Below are positions 8,871 to 18,560 of a DNA stretch of 64,000 nt, in pieces. Each line of letters begins with the position of its first letter. Position 1 is the stretch's first letter. This DNA comes from a bacterium (GTDB taxonomy: Bacteria > UBA10199 > 2-02-FULL-44-16 > JAAZCA01), in assembly GCA_963674695.2 (NCBI GenBank), contig CAXXGI010000003.1, forward strand, positions 576,001 to 640,000, written 5' to 3'. The notes under the pieces are model-generated. The model made no database searches. It had not been told where the DNA came from and saw only the letters and a list, made by a program, of their open reading frames with translations. A program made the translations under genes and the position numbers.

Positions 8871-9914
8871 ATGAAGGAAACATCCTCCGCATTTCCCTCG
8901 CGCATGGGAGGCCTCATTATCATGGCCGCTTGTTTCATCATCATCCTTGCGGGGATGCGCGCGGCAAGTTCCATCATCCTTCCCTTTCTGCTCTCGCTCT
9001 TCATCGCGGTGATCTGCATGCCGCCGTTGAGCTGGCTGCGAGGGCGCGGCGTGCCCAATGGGCTTTCATTGCTCATCGTCCTGATCGGCATCGTGTTGAT
9101 CGGCTTGGCGCTCACGGTCTTCGTGGGAAGTCAGGCAAACGCCTTCTCGAACAACATCGCAACCTATCAGGCGCACCTGATGGAGAAACTCAACGGTCTC
9201 TTCACCTGGCTGTCGGGGCATGGCATCACGGTCTCCACGGATCTGATCGCCAAGCAGCTCGATCCCGGCATGGCCATGCGCATCGTCGCCGAGATGATCT
9301 CAGGGCTCAGCGGTATGCTGACCTACGGATTCATGATTCTGATCACGGTGGTCATCCTGCTCTTCGAGGCGATCGACTTTCCCGCGAAGTTCAAGGCGGC
9401 GTCGCACGATTCGAAACATTCGTCGGCGCAGCTCGGCCAGATCTATGGGAGCGTGAACCGCTATCTCGCGCTCAAGACGCTCATGAGCCTGGCCACGGGC
9501 ATCCCCATCGCTCTTTTCCTCTGGATCGTGGGCGTGGACTTTGCCTTTCTCTGGGGACTGTTGGCCTTTCTCTTCAACTTCATCCCGAACATCGGCTCCA
9601 TCATCGCGGCCATTCCGGCGGTGCTCTTGACCTTCATTCAATACGGACCTGGAACAGCGCTCGTCGTGGCGGCGGGCTACGTGGTGGTCAACATCCTCAT
9701 CGGCGTCGTCTTCGAGCCACGCGTCATGGGGCGCGGTTTGGGACTTTCCACCCTCGTCGTCTTTCTCTCGTTGGTCTTCTGGGGCTGGGTGCTCGGGCCC
9801 GTGGGGATGGTGCTCTCGGTTCCGCTGACGATGATCGTCAAGATCGTTCTTGAAGGATACGACTCGACCCGCGGCGCCGCCATCATGATGGGCCCCGCGA
9901 TTGATGAGGGTTAG
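8871..9914 (+). CDS. AI-2E family transporter
   Basis: Multi-TM; FIPNIGSII, EPRVMG, FWGWVLGPVGMVLSVPL. Confidence 0.92.
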   Translation: MKETSSAFPSRMGGLIIMAACFIIILAGMRAASSIILPFLLSLFIAVICMPPLSWLRGRGVPNGLSLLIVLIGIVLIGLALTVFVGSQANAFSNNIATYQAHLMEKLNGLFTWLSGHGITVSTDLIAKQLDPGMAMRIVAEMISGLSGMLTYGFMILITVVILLFEAIDFPAKFKAASHDSKHSSAQLGQIYGSVNRYLALKTLMSLATGIPIALFLWIVGVDFAFLWGLLAFLFNFIPNIGSIIAAIPAVLLTFIQYGPGTALVVAAGYVVVNILIGVVFEPRVMGRGLGLSTLVVFLSLVFWGWVLGPVGMVLSVPLTMIVKIVLEGYDSTRGAAIMMGPAIDEG

Positions 9915-11650
9915 AACGTGCGATAGACGATGGCGTTTTTTTCCTCGAGTGATGCAAGCGCGTCGCGAACCGCATTCGGTGAAGCGCCGATGCGCGCGGC
10001 GATCTCCAAGCTCGTGATCTTTCCCGCGGCAACATCGAAGACATCCCCCTCGATCGTTGAGAGGGGCTGACTCAAGCCCTCCGGATGCAGGAGATCACCC
10101 TCTCGGATAAAGGGCATGAGCGTGCGAACGGGAATGCATTCGCGCCACGCATCTCCCGCGACGCGTCGATAGGCGGGCCGCGCCTCGGCATCATCGAGAT
10201 ACGCTTGTTGCACCAGTGGGGCAATCGACTCCATATCGGGAAAACACTGCGCCAAAAGCGCGAAGTGAAATGCGCCCATCTGAGCGAGCGCGCTGCGGCA
10301 GAGTTCTTGAAAGGCGTCGTCCTGCGCGCGCACGACCTGCATCTGGATGCGGCGCATCTCGAGCACGAAGTGCGATCGATGCCGGATGATCTCGCGGCGG
10401 GACAGATGCGTGCTCTCCGTGACGGCGTTTTCGAAGTTGGCCGTTCGGGTCAGCTCCGGATCGATGATGCGCAGGTCGAAGCGCTCCGGATGCAGGCCAA
10501 TCTCCGTTCCCGGGAAGGGGCTCAGGAAGACGGAGTTGACGTGCAAAAAACCTCGCCCCTTCTCGACCGCTTGCTCCGCAAAGGCGAGATTGGCGGCGAT
10601 GGTCTCTTCCGATTCAAAGGGACCGCCGAAGATGATATTGGTGTGCGTAAAGATACCGAGACGTGCACATCGTTCGATCACATCGAGGGTCTCCTGCAGA
10701 TCGATGTCTTTATGATAGGCGGTAAGGACGCGCGCATCGCCCGATTCGATTCCGATCTGGAGGCTGCGCAGTCCGGCGTCGCGCATCGCGGGGAGCATCT
10801 CCGGATGGCGGGCCAGGCGGTCGATGCGCCCTTCTGCAAACCAGGAAAAATCGCGCCCTCCTCCGATGGCCGTGATGCGCTTGCAGAAATCGAGGAGGCG
10901 CACGCGATCGAGGGTGAAGGTGTCGTCCACCATCTTGACGGTGCTGCCGCCAAGGGTCGAGCGCGCGAGCTCGATGTCGCGGATGACGCCGTCGACCCGG
11001 CGATAGCGCACGCGCGGGGAGAGCAGCGGTGCCGCACAAAAAGCGCACCGATACGGACAACCCCGCCCCATGACCGCAAGCGGAACGTAGCCCAATTCGT
11101 TCATCCCCTCGATGAGGGTGAAATCGGGCGAGGGAAGATCGTCGAGCGAGATGAGGTCGGCCGGTTCGGTGAACGAAAGCCCCCGCCCCTGGCGATGCAC
11201 GATGCCGTGGACCTCGGCCAGGTTCTTGGCGCCCATCAGCTCCCGCAGCGGAATCTCTCCGTCTCCGCGAACGATTGCGTCCGGATCGATTGCGGCGAAG
11301 ACACCCTCTCCGTCGATGGTCGCATGCGGGCCGCCGCAGACGATGCGGCTTTGAGGCGAGTGGCTTCGAACGAACTGCGCCAGCCGCGCAACGGTGAAGA
11401 GGCTATCGGTCATGACATTGAATCCGACCCATCGGGGTCTCATCTCGGCCAGATAATCCGCAAACCACGGGAGCGAGAACATGGGATGCCGGGTGTCGAG
11501 GACGCGCACGCGAACGCCTTCACGCTGTAGGAACGACGCCATCGTGACCAGGCCCAGCGGCGGAAGGAGCATGCTCTGCCCCAGTGGCGAGATGCCCGCC
11601 TCGGCATAGACGAGCAACAGATCGAGTGTCGTGGAAGGCATGGCCGGCAT
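9911..11650 (-). CDS. Cobalamin-binding radical SAM protein
   Basis: PPLGL B12 domain, GGPHAT, GCPYRCAFC, GIESG; C-terminal helical/wHTH-like extension. Confidence 0.9.
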   Translation of the reverse strand: MPAMPSTTLDLLLVYAEAGISPLGQSMLLPPLGLVTMASFLQREGVRVRVLDTRHPMFSLPWFADYLAEMRPRWVGFNVMTDSLFTVARLAQFVRSHSPQSRIVCGGPHATIDGEGVFAAIDPDAIVRGDGEIPLRELMGAKNLAEVHGIVHRQGRGLSFTEPADLISLDDLPSPDFTLIEGMNELGYVPLAVMGRGCPYRCAFCAAPLLSPRVRYRRVDGVIRDIELARSTLGGSTVKMVDDTFTLDRVRLLDFCKRITAIGGGRDFSWFAEGRIDRLARHPEMLPAMRDAGLRSLQIGIESGDARVLTAYHKDIDLQETLDVIERCARLGIFTHTNIIFGGPFESEETIAANLAFAEQAVEKGRGFLHVNSVFLSPFPGTEIGLHPERFDLRIIDPELTRTANFENAVTESTHLSRREIIRHRSHFVLEMRRIQMQVVRAQDDAFQELCRSALAQMGAFHFALLAQCFPDMESIAPLVQQAYLDDAEARPAYRRVAGDAWRECIPVRTLMPFIREGDLLHPEGLSQPLSTIEGDVFDVAAGKITSLEIAARIGASPNAVRDALASLEEKNAIVYRTF

Positions 11651-11729
11651 CCTATCATCGCGATGCCCAAATGACCAGAGGGTGCGTCGGAACTGATAGC
11701 ATCAAAAAACGGCACCCGATGGGTGCCGT

Positions 11730-11874
11730 CAGACTGCTGACAAAGTCACTTCATGTTATCATTGTCCATAATCGAAGTTTGTCATTCCCGCGAAGGCGGG
11801 AATCTCGCTATTAACGGCACGTCGAGATCCCCGCTTTCGCGGGGATGACAACAGCAGGGTTTGTCATAAAACAC
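11730..11874. mobile_element. MITE-like insert (CAGACTGCTGACAAA end) with REP-A cargo, flanked by a duplicated terminator
   Basis: 23 bp direct repeat AAACGGCACCCGATGGGTGCCGT at 11707-11729 and 11875-11897. Confidence 0.7.
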
Positions 11875-11904
11875 AAACGGCACCCGATGGGTGCCGTTTT
11901 CGTT

Positions 11905-11979
11905 TGGAGCGGGAGAAGGGATTCGAACCCTCGACAACCACGTTGGCAACGTGGAGCTCTACCACTGAGCTACTCCCGC
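11905..11979 (-). tRNA. tRNA-Gly (GCC)
   Basis: GCGGGAG acceptor stem, anticodon loop TTGCCAA, GTTCGAATC T-loop, encoded CCA; downstream of pgsA. Confidence 0.97.
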
Positions 11980-12020
11980 GATTTTTGCGGGGGGCGAAGT
12001 AGCATCGCCTTCCCCCCTTG

Positions 12021-12617
12021 TCAAGTGCTTGCATCCTCGCGCACGACGGCCCGGAAAAAACCGATGGTATAGTGCAACCCCGAGGCCATGGAGAAGAAAA
12101 ATCCCGGGATCATGAGCGCCCACCCGATCATTCGCCAGTTGATGCCGAAGAAGGGGTAATGCAGGAGAAGCCCTACTAACGCGCTCGAGACGAAGGCGGA
12201 TTTATATTTTCCCCAGGTGGAGGCAGCGATCACGACCCCTTCATCCACGGCGACTCCGCGCAGGGCCGTCACGATCACCTCGCGAACGAAGAAGATCGAG
12301 ACCAACCAGGCCGGAATGCGGCCCAGGGGGATCATCATGATCATGGCGACGAGAAAGAGCGTCTTGTCGGCCAGCGGGTCGATGAATTTGCCGAAGGTGC
12401 TGGTGAGCCCCTTCTTTCGGGCCAGATAGCCGTCCACCAGATCCGAGAGCATGGCCGTGAGAAAGATGAGCATGCTGATGAAAGAGAGCGTTTGGTTCTC
12501 TCGCACATTCGGATTGTCATCGTCGAGAAATAGCATGACGATGATGATGATCGGCACCGCTGCCAGGCGGCCGATCGTGATCCAGTTGGGCAGATTAAGA
12601 AAGGCCTTGCGTGGCAC
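12021..12617 (-). CDS. pgsA: CDP-diacylglycerol--glycerol-3-phosphate 3-phosphatidyltransferase
   Basis: NLPNWIT; DLVDGYLAR...FGKFIDPLADK motif. Confidence 0.95.
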   Translation of the reverse strand: MPRKAFLNLPNWITIGRLAAVPIIIIVMLFLDDDNPNVRENQTLSFISMLIFLTAMLSDLVDGYLARKKGLTSTFGKFIDPLADKTLFLVAMIMMIPLGRIPAWLVSIFFVREVIVTALRGVAVDEGVVIAASTWGKYKSAFVSSALVGLLLHYPFFGINWRMIGWALMIPGFFFSMASGLHYTIGFFRAVVREDAST

Positions 12618-12717
12618 ATGAACCCCCGTTCGCGTATCGTTGGCCCGTTTTGCCGTCCCTGCCCCCCTTTGTCAAAGAGATTGTCCTTCCGAGGGTTCTT
12701 TGTTAACGCTCTGAGCG

Positions 12718-14307
12718 ATGGAATACACCTCCGATTATCTCGTGATCGGCAGCGGCATCGCCGGCCTCACCTTCGCCCTCACGGCAGCCGAGCACGGCTC
12801 CGTGGCGTTGGTGACCAAACGCGAGCTCGAGGAGTCGGCCACGCGGTATGCGCAGGGCGGCATCGCTGCTGTGGTGAGCGAGGCCGATACGTTCGAGAGC
12901 CATATCGAGGATACGCTTCGCGCGGGAGCGGGCCTTTGCCACGAGGGCATCGTGCGAACGATCGTCAGCGAAGGACCCGCGCATGTGCGCCATCTCATCG
13001 AATGGGGGGTCAGCTTCACCGGCGGCGAAAAATGGCCGTTCGATCTGACAAAGGAAGGTGGGCATAGCCATCGGCGTGTCTTGCACGCCGGTGATTGCAC
13101 CGGTCATGAGATCGAACGCGCGCTCGTGAAAGCACTCGTCGATCACCCGAATGTGGAGATCTTCGAGGACCACATCGCCATCAACCTGATCACGGCAGCG
13201 GATGTGAATCCCTCCGGGACGGAACGCAATCGCTGCATCGGTGCCTATGTCCTCGACATCAATGGGTGCCAGGTGCAGACGTTTCGTGCGGCGAACGTGG
13301 TGCTGGCTACCGGCGGAGCCGGAAAGGTCTATCTCTATACCTCCAATCCCGACATCGCCTCCGGCGACGGCATCGCCATGGCCTACCGCGCCGGCGCGCG
13401 CGTGGGAAATCTGGAGTTCGTGCAGTTCCATCCGACCTGTCTCTTTCACCCGAAGGCGAAGTCCTTTCTCCTCTCCGAGGCGATGCGCGGCGAGGGCGGA
13501 AAACTCCTGCTCCGCGACGGCACGCCCTTCATGCATCGGTATGACGCGCGAGGAGAGCTGGCTACGCGCGACATCGTCGCCCGCGCCATCGATGCCGAGC
13601 TCAAACGTACGGGCGACGAATACGTCCTGCTCGACGTGCGACACCTGGGCAAAGACTATCTCCAGAAACGTTTCCCGACGCTCCTGGAACGCTGCCTCGA
13701 ATTCGGCATCGACATCGTGCACGAACCGATTCCGGTCGTCCCGGCGGCCCACTATTTCTGCGGGGGGGTCTGCTGCGATATCGACGGACGCACGGATCTT
13801 GCCGGGCTCTTCGTCTGCGGAGAGACGGCCTTCACCGGCCTGCATGGGGCCAATCGCCTCGCCTCAAATTCTCTGCTCGAAGCGGTGGTCCTGGCCACGC
13901 GCGCAGCGAAGGCAGCGCGTTCGAATCCCCCGCCGGCACCGGAGACGATCGCCATCCCCGACTGGGATCCGGGGCGCGCAACCGATTCGGATGAAGAGGT
14001 CGTGATCACGCAAAACTGGGACGAGATCCGCCGCACCATGTGGAACTATGTCGGCATCGTCCGTTCCGACAAGCGCTTGAGCCGCGCCCTGCGCCGTATC
14101 CAGCTTTTGCAGGAGGAGATCCGCGAATACTACTGGAACGTCACCATCACCTCGAACCTCGTCGAACTGCGCAACATCGCGCTCGTCGCCGAACTCACCA
14201 TCCGCAGCGCACTCGCCCGCAAAGAAAGCCGAGGCCTGCACTACACCATCGATTATCCTGATGCCGATGAGAACTACCTCAAAGATACGTTGTTGAAGAA
14301 ATCATGA
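12718..14307 (+). CDS. nadB: L-aspartate oxidase
   Basis: [37 protein letters not shown]. Confidence 0.97.
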   Translation: MEYTSDYLVIGSGIAGLTFALTAAEHGSVALVTKRELEESATRYAQGGIAAVVSEADTFESHIEDTLRAGAGLCHEGIVRTIVSEGPAHVRHLIEWGVSFTGGEKWPFDLTKEGGHSHRRVLHAGDCTGHEIERALVKALVDHPNVEIFEDHIAINLITAADVNPSGTERNRCIGAYVLDINGCQVQTFRAANVVLATGGAGKVYLYTSNPDIASGDGIAMAYRAGARVGNLEFVQFHPTCLFHPKAKSFLLSEAMRGEGGKLLLRDGTPFMHRYDARGELATRDIVARAIDAELKRTGDEYVLLDVRHLGKDYLQKRFPTLLERCLEFGIDIVHEPIPVVPAAHYFCGGVCCDIDGRTDLAGLFVCGETAFTGLHGANRLASNSLLEAVVLATRAAKAARSNPPPAPETIAIPDWDPGRATDSDEEVVITQNWDEIRRTMWNYVGIVRSDKRLSRALRRIQLLQEEIREYYWNVTITSNLVELRNIALVAELTIRSALARKESRGLHYTIDYPDADENYLKDTLLKKS

Positions 14308-14340
14308 GATGTATCTGAGGGCTCAGAATTGTCATTCCAA

Positions 14341-14509
14341 CGTAACTATTCAGGTGCTTCACCTATCAAGTGGATAACGACCTGTTTAAGCTGTCATCCT
14401 GAGCGAGTCCGGGACGGACGAGTCGAAGGATCTCATGAGATCCCTCGACTGCGCCCTCCGGGCTTCGCTCGGGATGACAAATACAGTGGTCGGGTACCTG
14501 AATAGTAAC
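14341..14509. mobile_element. MITE-like element with GTAACTATTCAGG ends and REP-B cargo
   Basis: CGTAACTATTCAGG...CCTGAATAGTAAC; same left end plus REP-B at 35212. Confidence 0.65.
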
Positions 14510-14619
14510 ATTCCGACCAAACGAATCCTTCGACTCGCCAATGCTCGCTCAGGACAGCTTCCAATGAGTACGTAGAGGACTCTCTCGATGCGCCGCGAGC
14601 GAAGCGCGCCCAACAACAT

Positions 14620-14769
14620 GTGACATCGTCCGGCAGAGTGTTATTCGGGGATCTCTTCTTTCATCACGATCCAAGCCTCTGATGATGTGATGAAAGAAGA
14701 AAAAGCCGTCGAGGCGGCGTTTGAGCCGAGACGGCGGTCCCTGAATAACACTCTGCCGGACGATGTCAC
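14620..14769. repeat. 150 bp multi-branched inverted repeat
   Basis: 32 bp outer arms (1 mismatch) enclosing two internal hairpins. Confidence 0.8.
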
Positions 14770-14774
14770 GAACA

Positions 14775-15353
14775 CTACCGGTATCCGCTCTTCACTTTTT
14801 TCCAGTGTACGGTTGAATCGCCGACGATGCTGTGGGCGGTGAGCCAGAACTGGTCGCCGAGATCGATACGGGGAAAAGTGACGCGGTAGGCTTTCGACCA
14901 TCGGTCGAGGTGTGGGTAGAGGACATTCTCGAGGGGGCCGGGCGGAATCTTTTCGATTTCGATTGGGCGAACCTCTCGCCCGCTTGCGGTGGTGAGATAG
15001 ACCTTCCAGAATGACTCGGGGTCGATCGAAAAGTCGCGGTAATTCTTTTTCGTGTAGATCGAGATGAAGAATTCAATCCCCTTGCTGCGTTCGAATTCCT
15101 GTTCGTCATGAAACCGCTGTTCCTCCTCAGGCGTCAGTCGATACATCTTCACATAGCGTTTTTCGAGCGCCTCGCGAAAGCGGTCGCTGTAATAGGTGGC
15201 ATGCCAGATGATGTCGGCATCCATGTAATCGGTGTTATAGAGCTGGCCCTTCTTGGTCGCGCGACGAAGTTCGCCCCGATATCCCGCCCAGGCCGGCATG
15301 CTGGCGACGAGAACAGCGAGCGTCAGGAACAGGAGGGTGAAACGTTTTCCCAT
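14775..15353 (-). CDS. Secreted hypothetical protein
   Basis: Signal peptide (MGKRFTLLF...AWA); 192 aa. Confidence 0.75.
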   Translation of the reverse strand: MGKRFTLLFLTLAVLVASMPAWAGYRGELRRATKKGQLYNTDYMDADIIWHATYYSDRFREALEKRYVKMYRLTPEEEQRFHDEQEFERSKGIEFFISIYTKKNYRDFSIDPESFWKVYLTTASGREVRPIEIEKIPPGPLENVLYPHLDRWSKAYRVTFPRIDLGDQFWLTAHSIVGDSTVHWKKVKSGYR

Positions 15354-16243
15354 AGCGGATTCCTTCTTTCCAAATCGAGTTGCCGGCGCTCCAGCGGAGC
15401 GTCCGCATGTTCGACCACCCAGTGCAGGATTTCAGCGATGACCTCCTGCCGACCCGATTCATGCAATAGATCGTGTCGCATGTTGGGGTAGATGCGTTCA
15501 TGGCCATCGATGGTGGACAGCCGCGTGACGAATTGCCTGGTCCCTTGCGGTGCGCAGATCGAATCGCGTCCACCGGCGAGCATGAGGGTCGGAAGATGAA
15601 GGCGATGCGGCATGCCCATCACCAACTCGAGCATGCGCTCGATCTCATTCCAGGTGCCGAGCGAAACGCGACGATGAGCGAAGGCATCGCTTTCAAGTGC
15701 GCGTTGTTCATCGAGATCAGCCGTCATATCGGTGGGCCGCACACGGGTGTCGACCGAGAGCTTCGGCAAGAGGCTTGCCAGTTTTGTCCCAAAGCGCCGC
15801 CGCCACGCGGGAAGGCGTATGCCCGACTCGACGAGCATGTTCAGGCCGACAAATCCGCCGACGGTCTTCTCATGCGTGAGCAGAAAGTTGATGCCGATGA
15901 GCGCGCCCAGCCCTACGCCAACGAGAAAGAGCGGCACATCGCGATTTAGCGCTGTCTGTGAAAAATGAACGAATCCCGCGACGTCCTCGACCCAATCGGA
16001 GAATCGATTCACATGCCCACGTCGCCCCGCGCTTCGCCCATGACCGCGCTGATCGAACAGCGCGACGGCAAACCGCTCATTGACGAGTGCATTCGTGAAC
16101 GCGCTGTAGCGTCCGATGTGATCGCCCAGATCATGGACGAGAACCACGAGCGCCCGCGCATCCTTGGGCATCCAGTGCTGGTAGAAATGAACGCGCCCGC
16201 CCGGCAACTGCGCGTATTTGATGGTGACATCGACATTCGACAT
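15323..16243 (-). CDS. Lysophospholipase-like alpha/beta hydrolase with degenerate nucleophile motif
   Basis: DQRGHGRS and RHDLLHE present; GxSxG position reads GVGLG. Confidence 0.85.
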   Translation of the reverse strand: MSNVDVTIKYAQLPGGRVHFYQHWMPKDARALVVLVHDLGDHIGRYSAFTNALVNERFAVALFDQRGHGRSAGRRGHVNRFSDWVEDVAGFVHFSQTALNRDVPLFLVGVGLGALIGINFLLTHEKTVGGFVGLNMLVESGIRLPAWRRRFGTKLASLLPKLSVDTRVRPTDMTADLDEQRALESDAFAHRRVSLGTWNEIERMLELVMGMPHRLHLPTLMLAGGRDSICAPQGTRQFVTRLSTIDGHERIYPNMRHDLLHESGRQEVIAEILHWVVEHADAPLERRQLDLERRNPLWENVSPSCS

Positions 16244-16326
16244 GATTGATCTTGGATAGGCGATTTGCGACGGAAATGCAATACCCGCAAGAAGGACGAT
16301 GGGGGTTGATGACAAACCCTAGTTTT

Positions 16327-16400
16327 GTCATCCCCGCGAAAGCGGGGATCTCGATGGACCGTGATAATCGAGATTCCCGCTTACCCCATGCGGGAATGAC
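16327..16400. repeat. REP-like family A pair (GTCAT[T/C]CCCGCG..GCGGG[A/G]ATC-N-GAT[T/C]CCCGC..GCGGG[A/G]ATGAC); also 7397, 11781, 21498, 24688, 28678, 31262, 50312, 50393, 54887, 56244, 56327
   Basis: About 13 intergenic loci of paired GC hairpins in inverted orientation. Confidence 0.9.
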
Positions 16401-16442
16401 GGCGTGAGAAGACCCAAAGGGATCGGTCGTCCCTCGGACGAT

Positions 16443-17510
16443 TCAGCTCTTTTCAAACTCTTCGAGCAGTTTTCGCTGTTTTTTGGAGAGCTTCTTCGGT
16501 GTCGTGATACGAATGCGCACGAGCTGATCGCCGGTGCGCCAATGGCGGTGGACGTTGGCCAGGCCCTTCCCCTTCAGGCGCAGCACCTCGCCGTGATCGG
16601 TTCCGGCGGGGATGGTGAGTTCGGCCTCTCCGTCGAGCGTGGGGACCGTGATCGTTGTGCCGAGTATCGCCTGGGGAAAGGTGATCGGAATCTCACAGGT
16701 GAGGTCATCGCCTTCGCGCCCGAAGAAGTCATGCGGTTCGACCGAGATGAAGACGTAGAGGTCGCCTGGAGGGCCACCGTTTTCGCCCCCCTCCCCTTCG
16801 CCGCGCAACACCAATCGCATGCCGTTCTCGACGCCCGCCGGCACCTTGACCGTGAGTTTGCGCGTGCTGCGGACACGGCCCTGACCGCGACAGTCTTCGC
16901 ACGGTGTTTCGATGAAGGATCCTTGGCCGCGACAGCGCGGACAGGCGGTCTGCATGACGAAGAAGCCCTGTTGTTGCGTGATGCTGCCGCTGCCCCCGCA
17001 GGCCTGGCAGACGCGGCGCTCGGTCCCGGGCTGTTGCCCCAAACCGCTGCAGGTGTCGCAGCGAACCTGTCGGGTGAGGCTGATTTCGCGTTCGATCCCT
17101 TTGGCCGCTTCGACGAACGAAACCGTCAGATCGAAGCGCAGATCGGCGCCGGCGCGGACACGTTGCCCGCCGGAACGACCCGTGCGCGCTCCAAATCCGC
17201 CCATGCCGCCGAAGAACTCCTCGAAGATCGAACCCATCGAGCCGAAGATGTCCTCGACGTTGTTGATGCCATGAAAACCCGCCCCTTCGAGGCCGGCATG
17301 GCCATAGGAGTCGTAGAGTTGGCGGCGCTGTGGATCCGAGAGCACCTCATAGGCCTCCGAGGCCTCTTTAAACTTCTCCTCGGATTCGCTGCAATTGTTG
17401 GTCCGGTCGGGGTGATACTGCAGGGCCAGGCGCCGATAGGCCTTCTTGATCGCCTGGGTATCCGCGCTTCGCTCGAGCTCGAGAACCTCGTAATAGTCCC
17501 GCTTGATCAT
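16443..17510 (-). CDS. dnaJ: Molecular chaperone DnaJ
   Basis: J domain with HPD; four CxxCxGxG repeats. Confidence 0.97.
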   Translation of the reverse strand: MIKRDYYEVLELERSADTQAIKKAYRRLALQYHPDRTNNCSESEEKFKEASEAYEVLSDPQRRQLYDSYGHAGLEGAGFHGINNVEDIFGSMGSIFEEFFGGMGGFGARTGRSGGQRVRAGADLRFDLTVSFVEAAKGIEREISLTRQVRCDTCSGLGQQPGTERRVCQACGGSGSITQQQGFFVMQTACPRCRGQGSFIETPCEDCRGQGRVRSTRKLTVKVPAGVENGMRLVLRGEGEGGENGGPPGDLYVFISVEPHDFFGREGDDLTCEIPITFPQAILGTTITVPTLDGEAELTIPAGTDHGEVLRLKGKGLANVHRHWRTGDQLVRIRITTPKKLSKKQRKLLEEFEKS

Positions 17511-17535
17511 CGTCCATGACTCCGCTTCATAATAG

Positions 17536-17665
17536 GGGCACCTCTAAAAACTGCAGTCTGTTTGTCGCCTTCCGGGGAAATCAGGTGCATCTTCACAGAT
17601 GAAGCTTGTTCCAGACGCACCTGATTTCCCCTCGCGGCGACGCGTAGAGGTTTTGAGAGATGCCC
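17536..17665. mobile_element. MITE with GGGCACCTCTAAAAAC-type ends
   Basis: Imperfect TIRs; ATAG/ATAA flanks; internal AAATCAGGTGC...GCACCTGATTT hairpin. Confidence 0.75.
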
Positions 17666-17685
17666 ATAAACCTCTGCGCCCCATG

Positions 17686-17714
17686 ATATGGGGGCATCCC
17701 CCCCTCAAAGCAAG
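17686..17714 (-). promoter_or_regulatory. Sigma32-like heat-shock promoter of dnaJ
   Basis: CTTGCT-N~15-CCCCATAT on the minus strand; a similar CTTGA..CCATAT precedes dnaK. Confidence 0.6.
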
Positions 17715-17842
17715 GGGGTCGCTCGTTTTGCAGAAACCACGTGGAATTGCAAGCATTGGCGGGAGAGACCGTTCAGAAAAAAGACCAAAGCCCGCGCTGT
17801 GGCGCGAGCTTTGGTCTCCTTGTAGTGCCACCCTTTTAGGCC

Positions 17843-18532
17843 CTATTTGTTGTTCCGTTTTCTTCGTATCGTCAGCAGACCGACGCTTGCCATGAGCATC
17901 CAGAGAATTGCGGGGTTGGCCGCGGCGTTGGGGCTCAGGGCACAGCCGCCGGGATCTTCGCTCATCGGGTTGCCGCCACCGGGGATTCCGCCCGGAGGAA
18001 GGTCGTTTTCGTCTGCGTCACCGCCGCCGATCTCTGCGAGATCCTCTTCGGTCGCGAAGCGCATGCCGAGACAGGCGGCGCCGCCGTCCAATTCGCCCAT
18101 CGCATCCTCATCGTCGTTCATCGGCGTGGACAGCGAGATCACGACATCCGCGTCAATATCCTCGCGGCTGGTCTCGAGAACTGTGGTCTCTTCCGTATAG
18201 GGGGCCTGATTCGGATTCGGGATATAGACACAGTTGTCGCAGGCATCGTCGATGCCATCCGCGTCCGTATCCTGCCCGATCGGCTCACAGGCGTCGGAGG
18301 CGCTGTCGTCATCGTCGTCTTCGTCCTCGAGTTCCGCTTCCCAATCCTCTTCAGTCGATTCGCCGTCGCGATTGGCATCCGGAAGAAGAAGTTCGACTCC
18401 GCCATCGACCGGTCGCTGGATGACGTACCCGTCGACATCGGTATCATCGCTCCCACCGCCCCATCCAAATGTTGAGATCGGACCCATGGCAACGACCGCA
18501 ATAAAACAGGTGATGCAGATCAGTGTTTTCAT
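17843..18532 (-). CDS. Secreted acidic protein with thrombospondin type 3 repeat and MYXO-CTERM-like anchor
   Basis: Signal peptide; DTDADGIDDACDNCVYIPNPNQ; C-terminal GGC-x-TM-RRKR. Confidence 0.8.
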   Translation of the reverse strand: MKTLICITCFIAVVAMGPISTFGWGGGSDDTDVDGYVIQRPVDGGVELLLPDANRDGESTEEDWEAELEDEDDDDDSASDACEPIGQDTDADGIDDACDNCVYIPNPNQAPYTEETTVLETSREDIDADVVISLSTPMNDDEDAMGELDGGAACLGMRFATEEDLAEIGGGDADENDLPPGGIPGGGNPMSEDPGGCALSPNAAANPAILWMLMASVGLLTIRRKRNNK

Positions 18533-18560
18533 ATCTTCCTCCAACGCTCAAAAAGAGTGT

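Noticed and set aside
11707-11979. Integrated prophage/ICE att site at tRNA-Gly
   Set aside because: No integrase and no duplicated tRNA 3' end were seen; only the terminator is duplicated.
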